In this document: positions 40,401 through 56,400 of the stretch, piece by piece
Position numbering within the stretch: position 1 is the first letter of the stretch
How the letters are laid out: each line of letters starts with the position of its first letter
Origin: Octopus vulgaris
Lineage: Eukaryota
Direction of reading: 5' to 3'
Length of the DNA: 64,000 bases
Assembly: GCA_951406725.2 (NCBI GenBank)
Contig: OX597829.1
Coordinates: forward strand, 58,528,001 to 58,592,000
Position numbers and translations under genes: made by a program
Notes under the pieces: generated by a model
The model's database searches: none
Told to the model about the DNA's origin: nothing
The model's input: the letters and a program-made list of their open reading frames with translations, nothing else

Positions 40401-43400
40401 TCTGGCCCACGTACGCGTGGACGTAGCCGCGACCGATGCCGGAAGGCGTTCAAGAGATACACCCGGTCGATACGGCGACGCGGTCCGTCCCGTAAAATCC
40501 TGAAAGAAGGCAACTACGGCTAGCACGAGGTAGCGGCAGGCCTGTGCTGGTAGCCCGTTGCTCCGCCGCGCTACCGTGCCAGAAATCGGCAGCCCGAAAC
40601 TAAGCGCGCGGCATCGCCCACGTACGCGTGGTCGTAGCCGCGACCGATGTCGCGAGATGCACGCACTCGATACGGTGACGTGGCCCGTCCCGTAAATTCC
40701 CGAAAGATAACAAACTGCGGCCAGTGTAAGTAAAGTTGCCTACACCAGACATGCTCCCGCCTTCGCCCGCAGCTCCGCCGTGCTACTGTGCCCGAAATCG
40801 AAAGAACGAACCTAAGCTCGCGGTTTGGCACACGTACACGTGAACGTAGGCGCAATCGATGCCGTCAGTTTCTGGAAGTGTGTGGCGATACGAACCGGGC
40901 AGATAGAGCGACGTGGTCCGACCCGTAAGTCGAAAGAATCCGACCCGTAAGCTTACGGGTCTGCCTCGGCTGGATAGTCTCGCTCTAGGTGACCGTCGCT
41001 CCCCAAGGGGGTCAAAACTATATTGAGAGCTTGCAGTCGGCAGGTGGATGTCTCCGGGATTGTTCGGCAGGATGCCCGAGACGTCAGCCTAAGGCGCCGT
41101 CAGCCCGGCGGGTGGCGGGCGCCTTCACGCCACCCTTTATTCTCCGTTCGTCCACGTGCCGCGGGGCCGCAAGCGGCAGGCATGCGCCGGTCGCCCGTTT
41201 CTCCGCCGCGCTACCGTGCCCGAAATCGAAAGAACGAACCTAAGCGCGCGGTGTCGCCCACGTACGCGTGGACGTTGCCGAGACCGATGTCGCGAGATGC
41301 ACGCGCTCGATACGGCGACGTGGTTTGTCACGTAAATTCGCAAAAGATGACGACTGTGGCCAGTATAAGCAGGGGCTGCCTTCTCCAGAAGCTCAGCCAC
41401 GCTACCGTGCCCGAAATAGAAAGAACGAACCTAAGCTCGCGGTATGGCCCACGTACGCGTGGACGTACACGCGACCGATGCCGGAAGGCGTCCACGAGAT
41501 ACACGCGCTCGATACGGCGACGTGGTCCGTCCCGTGAAATCCCGAAAGATGACAACTGCGGCTAGCACGAAAAGGCGGCAGGCTTGCGCCGGTCGCCCGC
41601 GTCTCTGCCGCCCTACCGTGCGTGAAATCGAAAGCACGAACCTAAGCGCGCGGTATCGCCCACGTACGCGTATACGTAGCCGCGACAGATGTCGCGAGAT
41701 GCACGCGCTCGATACGGCGACCTGGTCCGTCCCGTAAATTCCAGAAAGATGACAAACTGCGGCCAGTGTAAGCAGCGGCTGCATACGCCAGGCCTGCTCC
41801 TGCCTTCGCCCGCAGCTCCGCCGCGCTACCGTGCCCGAAATCGAAAGAACGTACACCTGGACGTAGGCGCGATTGATGCCGTCAGTCTCCGGAAGTGTGT
41901 GGCGATACGAACCGGGTAGATAGAGCGACGTGGTCCGACCCGTAAGTCGAAAGAAACCGACTCGTAAGCTTGCGGGTTGACCCCGGCTGGATAGTCACGA
42001 ACTAGGTGACCGTCGCACCCCAAGGGGGTCAAGACTATATCGAGGGCTTGCAGTCGGCAGGTGGATGTCTCCGGTATCAGCGGCACGTGTACGTGGGCCA
42101 CACCGCGAGCTTAGATTCGTTTTTCGATTTCGGGCACGGTTGCGCGGCGGAGCTGCAGGCGAAGGCGGGAGCAGTCCTGGCGTAGGCAGCCCCTGCTTAC
42201 ACTGGCCGCAGTTTGTCATCTTTCGGGAATTTACGGGACGGACTACGTCGCCGTATCGAGCGCGTGCATCTCGCGACATCGGTCGCTTGTACGTCCACGC
42301 GCACGCGGGCCAGACCGCGCGCTTAGGTTCGTTCCTTCGATTTCGGGCACGGTAACGCGGCGGAGGAAGTGCGACCGGAGCAGGCCTGCCGCTGGCGGCT
42401 CCGTGGCGCATGGACGAACGGAGAATGAAGGGTGGTGTGAAGCCCTCAATATAGTCTTGACCCCCCTATTTGTGCGACGGTCGCCAAGAGCGTGACTATC
42501 CAGCCGGGGCCGACCCGTAAGCATACGGGTCTGATTCTACCGACTTACGGGTCGGACCACGTCGATTTTTTACCTGGTGCATATCGCCACACACCCACGG
42601 AGACTGACGGCATCGATCGCGCCTACATCCACGTGTACGTTGGCGACACTGCGAGGTTCTCTTCAGCATTAATTCAGCCTCGCGTTAGCGCGCCGGATCT
42701 ATTGGAGAAGGCGGGTGCAAGCCCACCGCTCGAGCATCCGTCGAAAGAACGAACCTAAGCTCGCGGTATGGCCCGCGTACGCGTGGCCGTACACGCGACC
42801 GATGCCGGAAGGCGTTCACGAGATACACGCGGTGGATACGGCGACGTGGTCGGTCCCGTAAAATCCCGAAAGATGACAAATGCGGCTAGCACGAGGTAGC
42901 GGCAGGCCTGCGCCAGGCCTGCGCCAGGCCTGCGCCAGGCCTGCGCTTGTCGCACTTTGCTCCGCCGACATACCCGAAATCGAAAGAAAGAACCTGATCT
43001 CGCGGTGTGGCCCACGTACGCGTGGAATTACCCGCGACCGATGCCGGAAGGCGTCCACGAAATATACGCGCTCGATACAACGACGTGGTCCGTCCCGTAA
43101 AATCCCAAAAGATGATAACTGCGGCTAGCACGAGGTAGCGGCAGGCCTGCGCCGGTCGCCCGTTGCTCCGCCGCCCTACCATGCCCGACATCGAATGCAC
43201 GAAACTAAGCGAGTGGTATCTCCCACGTACGCGTGGAAGTAGCCGCGACCAATGTCGCGAGGTACAGGAGTTCGATACGGCGACGTGGTCCGTCCCGTAA
43301 ATTCCCGAAAGATGACAAAGGCGGTCAAGATTATATTGAGGGCTTGCAGTCGGCAGGTGGATGTCTCTGGGATCGTTCGGCAGGATGCCCGAGACGTCAG

Positions 43401-44660
43401 CCTAAGACGCCGTCAGCCCGGCGGGTGGCCGCCGCCTTCACGCCACCATTCATTCTCCGTTAATCCACGCGCCGGGGGGCCGCCAGCGACAGGCCTGCGC
43501 CGGTCGCCCGTTACTCCGCCGCCCTACTGTGCCCGAAATTGAAAGAACGAACCTAAGCCCTTGGTCTGGCCCACGTACGCGTGGACGTAGCGGCGACCGA
43601 TTTCGCGAGATACACGCTGTCGATACGGCAACGTGGTCCGTCTCGTAAATTCCTGAAAGATGACAAAACTGCGGCTAGGACGAGGTAGAGGCTGGCCTGT
43701 GCGGCCCCCCACCCCGCAATGCTCCGCCGCGCTACCGTGCCCGAAATCGGAAGACCGAAACAAAGCGCGCGGCATCGCCCACGTACGCGTAAACGTAGCC
43801 GAAACAGATCGCGAGATGCACGCGCTCGATATGGCGACGTGGTCCGTCCCGTAAATTCCCGAAAGATGTCAAACTACGGCCAGTGTAAGCAGGGGCTGCC
43901 TACTCAAGCCTGCTGCTGCCTTCGACCGCAGCTCCGCCGCGCTACCGTGCCCGAAATCGAAAGAACGAACCTAAGCTCGCGGTTTGGCCCACGTACACGT
44001 GGACGTAGGGGCGATCGATGCCGTCAGTCTCCGGAAGTGTGTGGCGATACGAACCGGGTAGATAGAGCGACGAGGTCCGACCCGTTAGTCGAAATAATCA
44101 GACCCGTAGGCTTACGGGTCGGCCCCGGCTGGATAGTCACGCTCTAGGTGACCGTCGCACCCCAAGGGGGTCAAGACTATATTGAGTGCTTGCAGTCGGC
44201 AGGTAGATGTCTCCGGGATCGTTCGGCAGGATGCCCGAGACGTCAGCCTAAGACGCTGTCTGCCCGGCGGGTGGCCGCCGCCTTCACGCCACTCTTCATT
44301 CTCCGTTCGTCCACCTGCCGCGGGGCCGCCAGCGGCAGCCTGCACCGGTCGCCAGTTCCTCCGTGCCCGAAAGAACGAATATAGGCGCGCGGTGTCGCCC
44401 CCGTACGCCAGGACGTAGCCGAGACCGATGTCGCGAGATGCACGCGCTCGATACCGAGGCCGACCCGTAAGCATACGGGTCTGATTCTACCGACTTACGG
44501 GTCGGACCACGTCGATCTTTTACCTGGTGCGTATCGCTACACATCCACGGAGACTAACGGCATCGATCGCGCCTACATCCACGTGTTCGGGGGCGACACC
44601 GCAAGGTTCTCTTCAACAGTACTTCAGCCTCGCGGTAGGGCGTTGGAGCTTGTGGCGACG
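34403..44660. repeat. GC/CpG-rich modular satellite with internal inversions
   Basis: Recurrent ~200-bp module (gtcatctttcgggaatttacgggacggaccacgtcgccgtatcga...cttaggttcgttctttcgatttcgggcacggtag) and ~350-bp module containing the palindrome gacccgtaagcttacgggtc. Confidence 0.9.
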
Positions 44661-44956
44661 GTATATATGTCGTATATATGTAAATATAGGTGTAGGAGTG
44701 GCTGTGTGGTAAGTAGCTTGCTAACCAACCACATGGTTCCGAGTTCAGTCTCACTGCGTGGCACCTTGGGCAAGTGTCTTCTGCTATAGTCTCGGGCCGA
44801 CCATATTTTTGTCTTTCTTTACGAAAGAAGACGCAAGGTGGGAAGTCGGAAGGCGACCGATGCAAGCCAAGAATTAGGTTAATCACTTCAGACAATGTCA
44901 GTTCGGAAACACATCATACGAGTTGATTCTGTTTATGGCTGAAGATAGTCGAAATA

Positions 44957-44957
44957 A

Positions 44958-44991
<34 letters not shown>

Positions 44992-45144
44992 GCACACACA
45001 AACACACACACATGCACACACACACAAACACGCACACAAACACACACACACATGCACACACACACAAACACAAACACATGCACACACACACAAACACGCA
45101 CACAAACACACACACACAAACACACATACACAAACACACACACA

Positions 45145-45192
<48 letters not shown>

Positions 45193-45225
45193 AAAACACA
45201 TACACACACACAAACAAACACTCAA

Positions 45226-45257
<32 letters not shown>

Positions 45258-45261
45258 TCAA

Positions 45262-45293
<32 letters not shown>

Positions 45294-45297
45294 TCAA

Positions 45298-45350
<53 letters not shown>

Positions 45351-45351
45351 A

Positions 45352-45392
<41 letters not shown>

Positions 45393-45425
45393 AAAACACA
45401 TACACACACACAAACAAACACTCAA

Positions 45426-45492
<67 letters not shown>

Positions 45493-45685
45493 AACACACA
45501 CACACACACACAAACAAACACACACACACAAACACACACAAACACACACCCACACACACACACAAACACACACACACACAAACACACACAAACAAACACT
45601 CAAACACACACACAAACACACACACACACACAAACACACACAAACAAACACTCAAACACACACACACACACGCACACACACACAC
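44957..45685. repeat. (CA)n/(CAAA) microsatellite
   Basis: Direct reading. Confidence 0.95.
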
Positions 45686-45756
45686 TCTTACACCCATTAA
45701 CCGTAAAAAATATTAGTTATTATTTCCATTAAGCAAATTGCATATTCTCTCTCTCT

Positions 45757-48298
45757 CTTTTACTCTTTTACATGTTTCAGTCATTTGACTGCGGCCATGC
45801 TGGAGCACCGCCTTTTAGTCGAGCAAATCGACCCCGGGACTTATTCTTTGTAAGCCCAGTACTTATTCTATCGGTCTCTTTTGCCGAACCGCTAGGTGAC
45901 GGGGACGTAAACACACCAGCATCGGTTGTCAAGCGATGCCAGGGGGACAAACACAGACACACAAACACACACACGCATATATATACATATATACACGACG
46001 GGCTTCTTTCAGTTTCCGTCTACCAAATCCACTCACAAGGCTTTGGTCGGCCCGAGGCTATAGTAGAAGACAATTGCCCAAGATGCCAACTGTGGGACTG
46101 TACCCGGAACCATGTTGTTGGTAAGCAAGCTACTTACCACACAGCCACTCCTACACCTATATATATACATATGTACGACAGGCTTCTTTCAGTTTCCGTC
46201 TACCAAATCCACTCACAAAGCATTGGTCGGCCCGGGGCTATATAAGAAGACACTTGCCCAAGATGCCACGCAGTGGGACTGAACCCGAAACCATGTGGTT
46301 GGTAAGCAAGCTACTTACCACACAGCCACTCCTACACCTATATATATACATATGTACGACAGGCTTCTTTCAGTTTCCGTCTACCAAATCCACTCACAAG
46401 GCATTGGTCGGCCCGAGGCTCAAGCAGAAGACACTTGCCCAAGATGTCACGCAGTGGGACTGAACCCGGGACAATATGGTTGGTAAGCAAGCTACTTACC
46501 ACACAGCCACTCCTACACCTATATATATATACGACAGGCTTCTTACAGTTTCCATCTACCAAATCCACTCACAAGGCATTGGTCGGCCCGAGGCTATAGT
46601 ACAAGACACTTGCCCAAGATGTCACGCAGTGGGACTGAACCCGGAACAATGTGGTTGGTAAGCAAGCTACTTACCACACAGCCACTCCTACACCTATATA
46701 TATATACGACGGGCTTCTTACAGTTTCCATCTACCAAATCCACTCACAAGGCATTGGTCGGCCCGAGGCTATAGTACAAGACACTTGCCCAAGATGTCAC
46801 GCAGTGGGACTGAACCCGAAACCATGTGGTTGGTAAGCAAGCTACTTACCACACAGCCACTCCTACACCTATATATATACATATGTACGACAGGCTTCTT
46901 TCAGTTTCCGTCTACCAAATCCACTCACAAGTCTTTGGTCGGCCCGGGGCTCTAGCAGAAGACACTTGCCCAAGATGTCACGCAGTGGGACTGAATCCCG
47001 GAACCATGTGGTTGGTAAGCAAGCTACTTACCACACAGCCACTCCTGCGCCTATATATATATATATACGACGGGCTTCTTACAGTATCCATCTACCAAAT
47101 CCACTCACAAGGCTTTGGTCGGCCCGAGGCTATAGCAGAAGACACTTGGCGAAGATGTCACGCAGTGGGACTGAACCCGGGACAATATGGTTGGTAAGCA
47201 AGCTACTTACCACACAGCCACTCCTACACATATATTTACATATATACGACGGGCTTCTTTCAGTTTCCGTCTACCAAATCCACTCACAAGTCTTTGGTCG
47301 GCCCGGGGCTCTAGCAGAAGACACTTGCCCAAGATGTCACACAGTGGGACCGAACCCGGAACCATGTGGTTGGTTAGCAAGCTACTTACCACACAGCCAC
47401 TCCTGCGCCTATATATATATACGACGGGCTTCTTTCAGTTTCCGTCTACCAAATCCACTCACAAGGCATTGGTCGGCCCGAGGCTATAGCAGAAGACACT
47501 TGCCCAAGATGTCACGCAGTGGGACTGAACCCGACAACCATGGTTGGTAAGCAAGCTACTTACCACAAAGCCACTCCTACACCTATATTTACATATGTAC
47601 GACAGGCTTCTTTCAGTTTCCGTCTACCAAATCCACTCACAAGTCTTTGGTCGGCCCGAGGCTCTAGCAGAAGACACTTGCCCAAGATGTCACGCAATGG
47701 GACTGAACCCGGGACAATATGGTTGGTTAGCAAGCTACTTACCACACAGCCACTCCTACACCTATATTTACATATATACGACGGGCTTCTTTCAGTTTCC
47801 GTCTACCAAATCCACTCACAAGTCTTTGGTCGGCCCGAGGCTCTAGCAGAAGACACTTGCCCAAGATGTCACGCAATGGGACTGATCCCGGAACCATGTG
47901 GTTGGTAAGCAAGCTACTTACCACACAGCCACTCCTACGCCTATATATATATATACGATGGGCTTCTTTCAGTTTCCATCTACCAAATCCACTCACAAGG
48001 CTTTGGTCGGCCCGAGGCTATAGCAGAAGACACTTGGCGAAGATGTCACGCAGTGGGACTGAACCCGGGACAATATGGTTGGTATAGCAAGCTACTTACC
48101 ACACAGCCACTCCTACACCCATATTTACATATATACGACGGGCTTCTTTCAGTTTCCGTCTACCAAATCCACTCACAAGTCTTTGGTCGGCCCGAGGCTC
48201 TAGCAGAAGACACTTGCCCAAGATGTCACACAGTGGGACTGATCCCGGAACCATGTGGTTGGTTAGCAAGCTACTTACCACACAGCCACTACTGCGCC
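45757..48298 (-). mobile_element. SINE 3' half plus tandem array of ~13 SINE heads, reverse orientation
   Basis: Reverse complement of the ~178-bp head unit, repeated. Confidence 0.9.
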
Positions 48299-48370
48299 CA
48301 TATACAGTGGTCTAGCATATAAAAAGCAGAGGTTCAGTAAGTAGTATTACATATATATATAAGGAGTTAA

Positions 48371-48490
48371 TTACCACTATGTGGAAACCCTTACGCTAGA
48401 AGAAGATCTTCTATGGCCTTAAAGAACAATTCTTTGTGGTAAGATCATAGCGGATCTTCTTCTAGCATAAGGGTTCCCACATAGTGGTAA
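48371..48490. repeat. 120-bp imperfect palindrome
   Basis: ttaccactatgtggaaacccttacgctagaagaagatc ... gatcttcttctagcataagggttcccacatagtggtaa. Confidence 0.85.
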
Positions 48491-48604
48491 ATTCCCTGTA
48501 ATATGTATATATGTGTGTATGTTTGTGTTGTTCTGTGTCTATCTATCTGTCTGTCTGTCTCTCTCTCACACACACATACGCATATACTAATGCACTAACA
48601 CACA

Positions 48605-51857
<3,253 letters not shown>

Positions 51858-52170
51858 CGCTCAAACAGCTGTCTTTACACATATGATAATTATACCTTCC
51901 AGCATTAAAAAGACGATACGGCCGCCATGTTAGTGGTATATAAACGTTATAAAACTTTTTTCACCATTCTGGTTATTAAATCTCACCGAATGTCGATTTT
52001 ATATACACTATTAGCTAAAACGATTGCTATATTTTAATTACCAATTCTAGCTGTATATACAGAGCTATACACTCACTCACGCGCGCCAGAGATTGCTGCA
52101 GAGAAAGGCAGAGAGAGTGAGAAGGTAGAGAGATACACAGGCAGAGAAAGAATGAGTGATGTAGATACAG

Positions 52171-52231
<61 letters not shown>

Positions 52232-52232
<1 letters not shown>

Positions 52233-53410
52233 TAGCAATATCGCCCGGCGTTGCTCGGGTTTGTAAGGGAAATAACTATATAAGCATTTTAAGAGAGTTA
52301 TAGCAAAAAAAATAGCAAAAAAATGCAATAAAAATGGGGAAAAATGATGGTAAATTTTTTTTTAATCGTAGACTCATCGTAGACGCGCGCTAATACCCAG
52401 AAGGGCTCGATATGAAGTATCGCCCGGCGCTGCTCGGGTTTGTAAGGGAAATAACTATATAAGCATTTTTAGAGAGTTATAGCCAAAAAATAGCAAAAAA
52501 ATGCTTTAAAAATGGGAAAAAATGATGGTAAACTTTTTTTTAAATCGTTGACTCATTGTAAACGCTCGCTAATACCCAGAAGGGCTCAATATGAAGTATC
52601 GCCCGGAGTTGCTCGGGTTTGTAAGGGAATAACTATATAAGCATTTTTAGAGAGTTATAGCCAAAAAATAGCAAAAAAATGCTTTAAAAATGGGAAAAAA
52701 TGGTAAACTTTTTTTAAATCGTTGACTCATTGTAAACGCTGCTAATACCCAGAAGGGCTTTTTTTAATCGTTTTTAGAGAGTTATAGCTCATGCGTATGG
52801 TAAATTTTTTTAATCGCATCGCGCGCGCTAATACCCAGAAGGGCTCGATATGAATCACGACTATAAGATACCCGGTTTTGGTTGAACTGCACCGCAAAAT
52901 GTGGGAGTAGTTAGGAATCTAAATCGTAGGAGACAGACACACAACTTGACTTTTATATATAAAGACTAGCAGTATCGCCCGGCGTTGCTCGGGTTTGTAA
53001 GGGAAATAACTATATAAGCATTTTTAGAAAGATATAGCCAAAAAATAGCAAAAAAATGCATTAAAAATAGAAAAAAAAATGATGGTAAATTATTTTTAAA
53101 TCGTTGACTCATCGTAGACATTTTAAGAGAGTTACTTCCCTTATACAATAGCGAAAAAATGCATTAAAATGGAGAAAAATGATGGTAAATTTCTTTTTAA
53201 ATTGTAGACTCTTCGTAGACGCGCGCTAATACCCAGAAGGGCTCCATATGAATCACGACTATAAGATACCCGCTTTTGGTTAAACTGCACCGCAAAATGT
53301 GGGAGTAGTTAGGAATCTAAATCATAGGAGACAGACACACAACTTGACTTTTTTACATAAAGATACTAGCAGTATCACCCGGCGTTGCTCGGGTTTGTAA
53401 GGGAAATAAT
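52232..53410 (-). mobile_element. Non-autonomous Helitron family B, tandem copies
   Basis: 3' ends cccgagcaacgccggg-N8-CTAG at plus 52232, 52966 and 53366. 5' ends TCtttatRtataaaagtcaagttgtgtgtctgtc at 52965 and 53363. Confidence 0.82.
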
Positions 53411-53411
53411 T

Positions 53412-56400
53412 CTTTTTACGTGCCACCGGCACGGAAGCCAGCCGAGGCGGCGATGGCATCGACCACGTTCGGATGGTGCTTTTTATGTGCCACCGGCACA
53501 GAAGCCAGTCGACCGGAGCTGGCATCGGCAACGCCCTGATGGTGCTTTTTGTGTGCGACCGGCACAGAAGCCAGTCGAGGCGGCGATGGCATCGGCCACG
53601 TTCGGATGGTGCTTTTTATGTGCCACCGGCACAGAAAGCCAGTTTAGGCGGCGCTGGCATCGGCCACGTTCGGACGGTGCTTTTTATGTGCCACCGGCAC
53701 AGAAACCAGTCGAAGCGGCGCTGGCATCGGCCACGTTCGGATGGTGCTTTTTATGTTCCACTGGCACAGAAGCCAGTCGAGACGGAGCTGGCAGCGGCCA
53801 CGTTGTGACGGTGCTTTTTGTGTGCCACCGGCACAGAATCCAGTCAAGGCGGAGCTGGCATCGGCCACGTTCGGATGGTGCATTTATGTTCCATCGGCAC
53901 AGGAGCCAGTCGAGGCGGCGCTGGCATCGGTCATGTTCTGATGTGCTTTTTGGCACCGGCACAGAAGCCAGTCGAGGCGGCGCTGGAATCGTCAGGTTCG
54001 ATGGTTCTTTTTATGTGCCACCGGCACAGAAGCCAGTCGAGGCGGCGCTGGCATCGGCCACGTTCGGATGGTGCTTTTTATGTGCCACCGGACAGAAGCC
54101 AGTCGAGGCGGCGCTGGCATCGGCCACGTTCTGATGGTGCTTTTTGAGTGCCACCGGCACAGAAACCAGTCGAGGCGTCGCTGGCAACGGCCACGTTCGG
54201 ATGATGCTTTTTGTGCCACCGACACAGACGCCAGTCGAGGCGGTGCTGGCATCGGCCACGTGCTGATGGTGCTTTGTGTGTTCCACCGGCACAGAAGCCA
54301 GTCGAGGCGGCGCTGGAATCGTCCACGTTCGGATGGTTCTTTTTATGTGCCACCGGCACAGAAGCCAGTCGAGGCGGCGCTGGCATCGGCCACGTTCGGA
54401 TGGTGCTTTTTATGTGCCACCGGCACAGAAGCCAGTCGAGGCGGCGCTGGCATCGGCCACGTTCGGATGGTGCTTTTTATGTCCCACCGGCACAGAAGCC
54501 AGTCGAGGAAGCGCTGGCATCGGCCACGTTCTGATGGTGCTTTTTGTGTGCCACCGGCACAGAAGCCAGTCGAGGCGGAGCTGGCATCGGCCACGTTCGG
54601 ATGGTGCTTTTTATGTGCCACCGGCACAGAAGCCAGTCGAGGCGGCGCTGGCATCGGCCACGTTCGGATGGTGCTTTTTATGTGCCACCGGCACAGAAGC
54701 CAGTCGAGGCGGCGCTGGCAACGGCCACGTTCGGATGGTGCTTTTTATGTGCCACCGGCACAGAAGCCAGTCAAGACGGCGCTGGCATCGGCCACGTTCG
54801 GATGGTGCTTTTTATGTGCCACCGGCACAGAAGCCAGTCGAGGCGGCGCTGGCATCGCCCACGTTCGGATGGTGCTTTTTATGTTCCACCGGCACAGATG
54901 CCAATCGAGGCGGCGCTGGCATCGGAAGCCAGTCGTGACAGAGCTGGCATCGGCCACGTTCTGATGGTGCTTTTTGTGTGCCGCCGGCACAGAAGCCAGA
55001 CGAGGTGGCGCTGGCATCGGCCACGTTCTGATGGTGCTTTTTGTGTGCCACCGGCACAGAAGCCAGTCGAGGCGGCGCTGGCATCGGCCACGTTCGGATG
55101 GTGCTTTTTGTGTGCCACCGGCACAGAAGCCAGTCACGGCGGCGCTGGCATCAGCCACGTTCGGATGGTGCTTTTTGTGTGCCACCGGCACAGAAGCCAG
55201 TCGAGGCGGCGCTGGCATCGGCCACGTTCGGATGGTGCTTTTTATGTGCCACCGGCACAGAAGCCAGTCGAGGCGACGCTGGCATCGGCCACGTTCGGAT
55301 GGTGCTTTTTATGTGCCACCGGCACAGAAGCCAGTCGAGGCGGCGCTGGCATCGGCCACGTTCAGATGGTGCTTTTTATGTGCCACCGGCACAGAAACCA
55401 GTCGAGGCGGCGCTGGCATCGCCCACGTTCGGATGGTGCTTTTTATGTTCCACCGGCACAGATGCCAATCGAGGCGGCGCTGGCATCGGAAGCCAGTCGT
55501 GACAGAGCTGGCATCGGCCACGTTCTGATGGTGCTTTTTGTGTGCCACCGGCACAGAAGCCAGTCGAGGTGGCGCTGGCATCGGCCACGTTCGGATGGTG
55601 CTTTTTATGTTCCACCGGCACAGAAGCCAGTCGAGGCGGCGCTGGCATCGGCCACGTTCGGATGGTGCTTTTTATGTGCCACCGGCACAGAAGCCAGTCG
55701 AGGCGGCGCTGGCATCGGCCACGTTCTGATGGTGCTTTTTATGTGCCACCGGCACAGAAGCCAGTCGAGGCGGCGCTGGCATCGGCCACGTTCGGATGGT
55801 GCTTTTTATGTGCCACCGGCACAGAAGCCAGTCGAGGCGGCGCTGGCATCGGCCACGTTCGGATGGTGCTTTTTATGTGCCACGGCACAGAAGCCAGTCG
55901 AGGCAGCGCTTGCATCGGTCACGTTCTGATGGTGCTTTTTATGTGCCACAGGCACAGAAGCCAGTCGAGGAAGCGCTGGCATCGGTCACGTTCGGATGGT
56001 GCTTGTTACGTGCCACCGGCACAGAAGCCAGTCGATGCGGCGCTGGCATCGGTCACGTTCGGATGGTACTTTTTATGTGCCACCGGCACAGAAGCCAGTC
56101 GAGGCGGCGCTGGCATCGGCCACGTTCTGATGGTGCTTTTCGTGTGCCACCGGTACAGAAGCCAGTCGAGGCGGCGCTGGCAACGGCCACGTTCGGATGG
56201 TGCTTTTTATGTGCCACCGGCACAGAAGCCAGTCGAGGCGGCGCTGGCATCGTCCACGTTCTGATGGTACTTTTCGTGTGCCACTGGCACAGAAGCCAGT
56301 CCAGGCGGCGGTGGCAACGGCCACGTTGTGATGGTGATTTTTACGTGCCACATTGTGATGGTGATTTTTACGTGCCACCGGCACAGAAGCCAGTCGAGGC

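Noticed and set aside
34403-44660. Many overlapping ORFs, or rRNA or bacterial contamination
   Set aside because: ORFs are short, on both strands and not frame-conserved between repeat copies. No rRNA motifs were recognised, and the block is contiguous with host microsatellite and SINE.
44931-44959. ctgaagatagtcgaaataaac as a hammerhead
   Set aside because: No stem I, no valid NUH site and no stem II.
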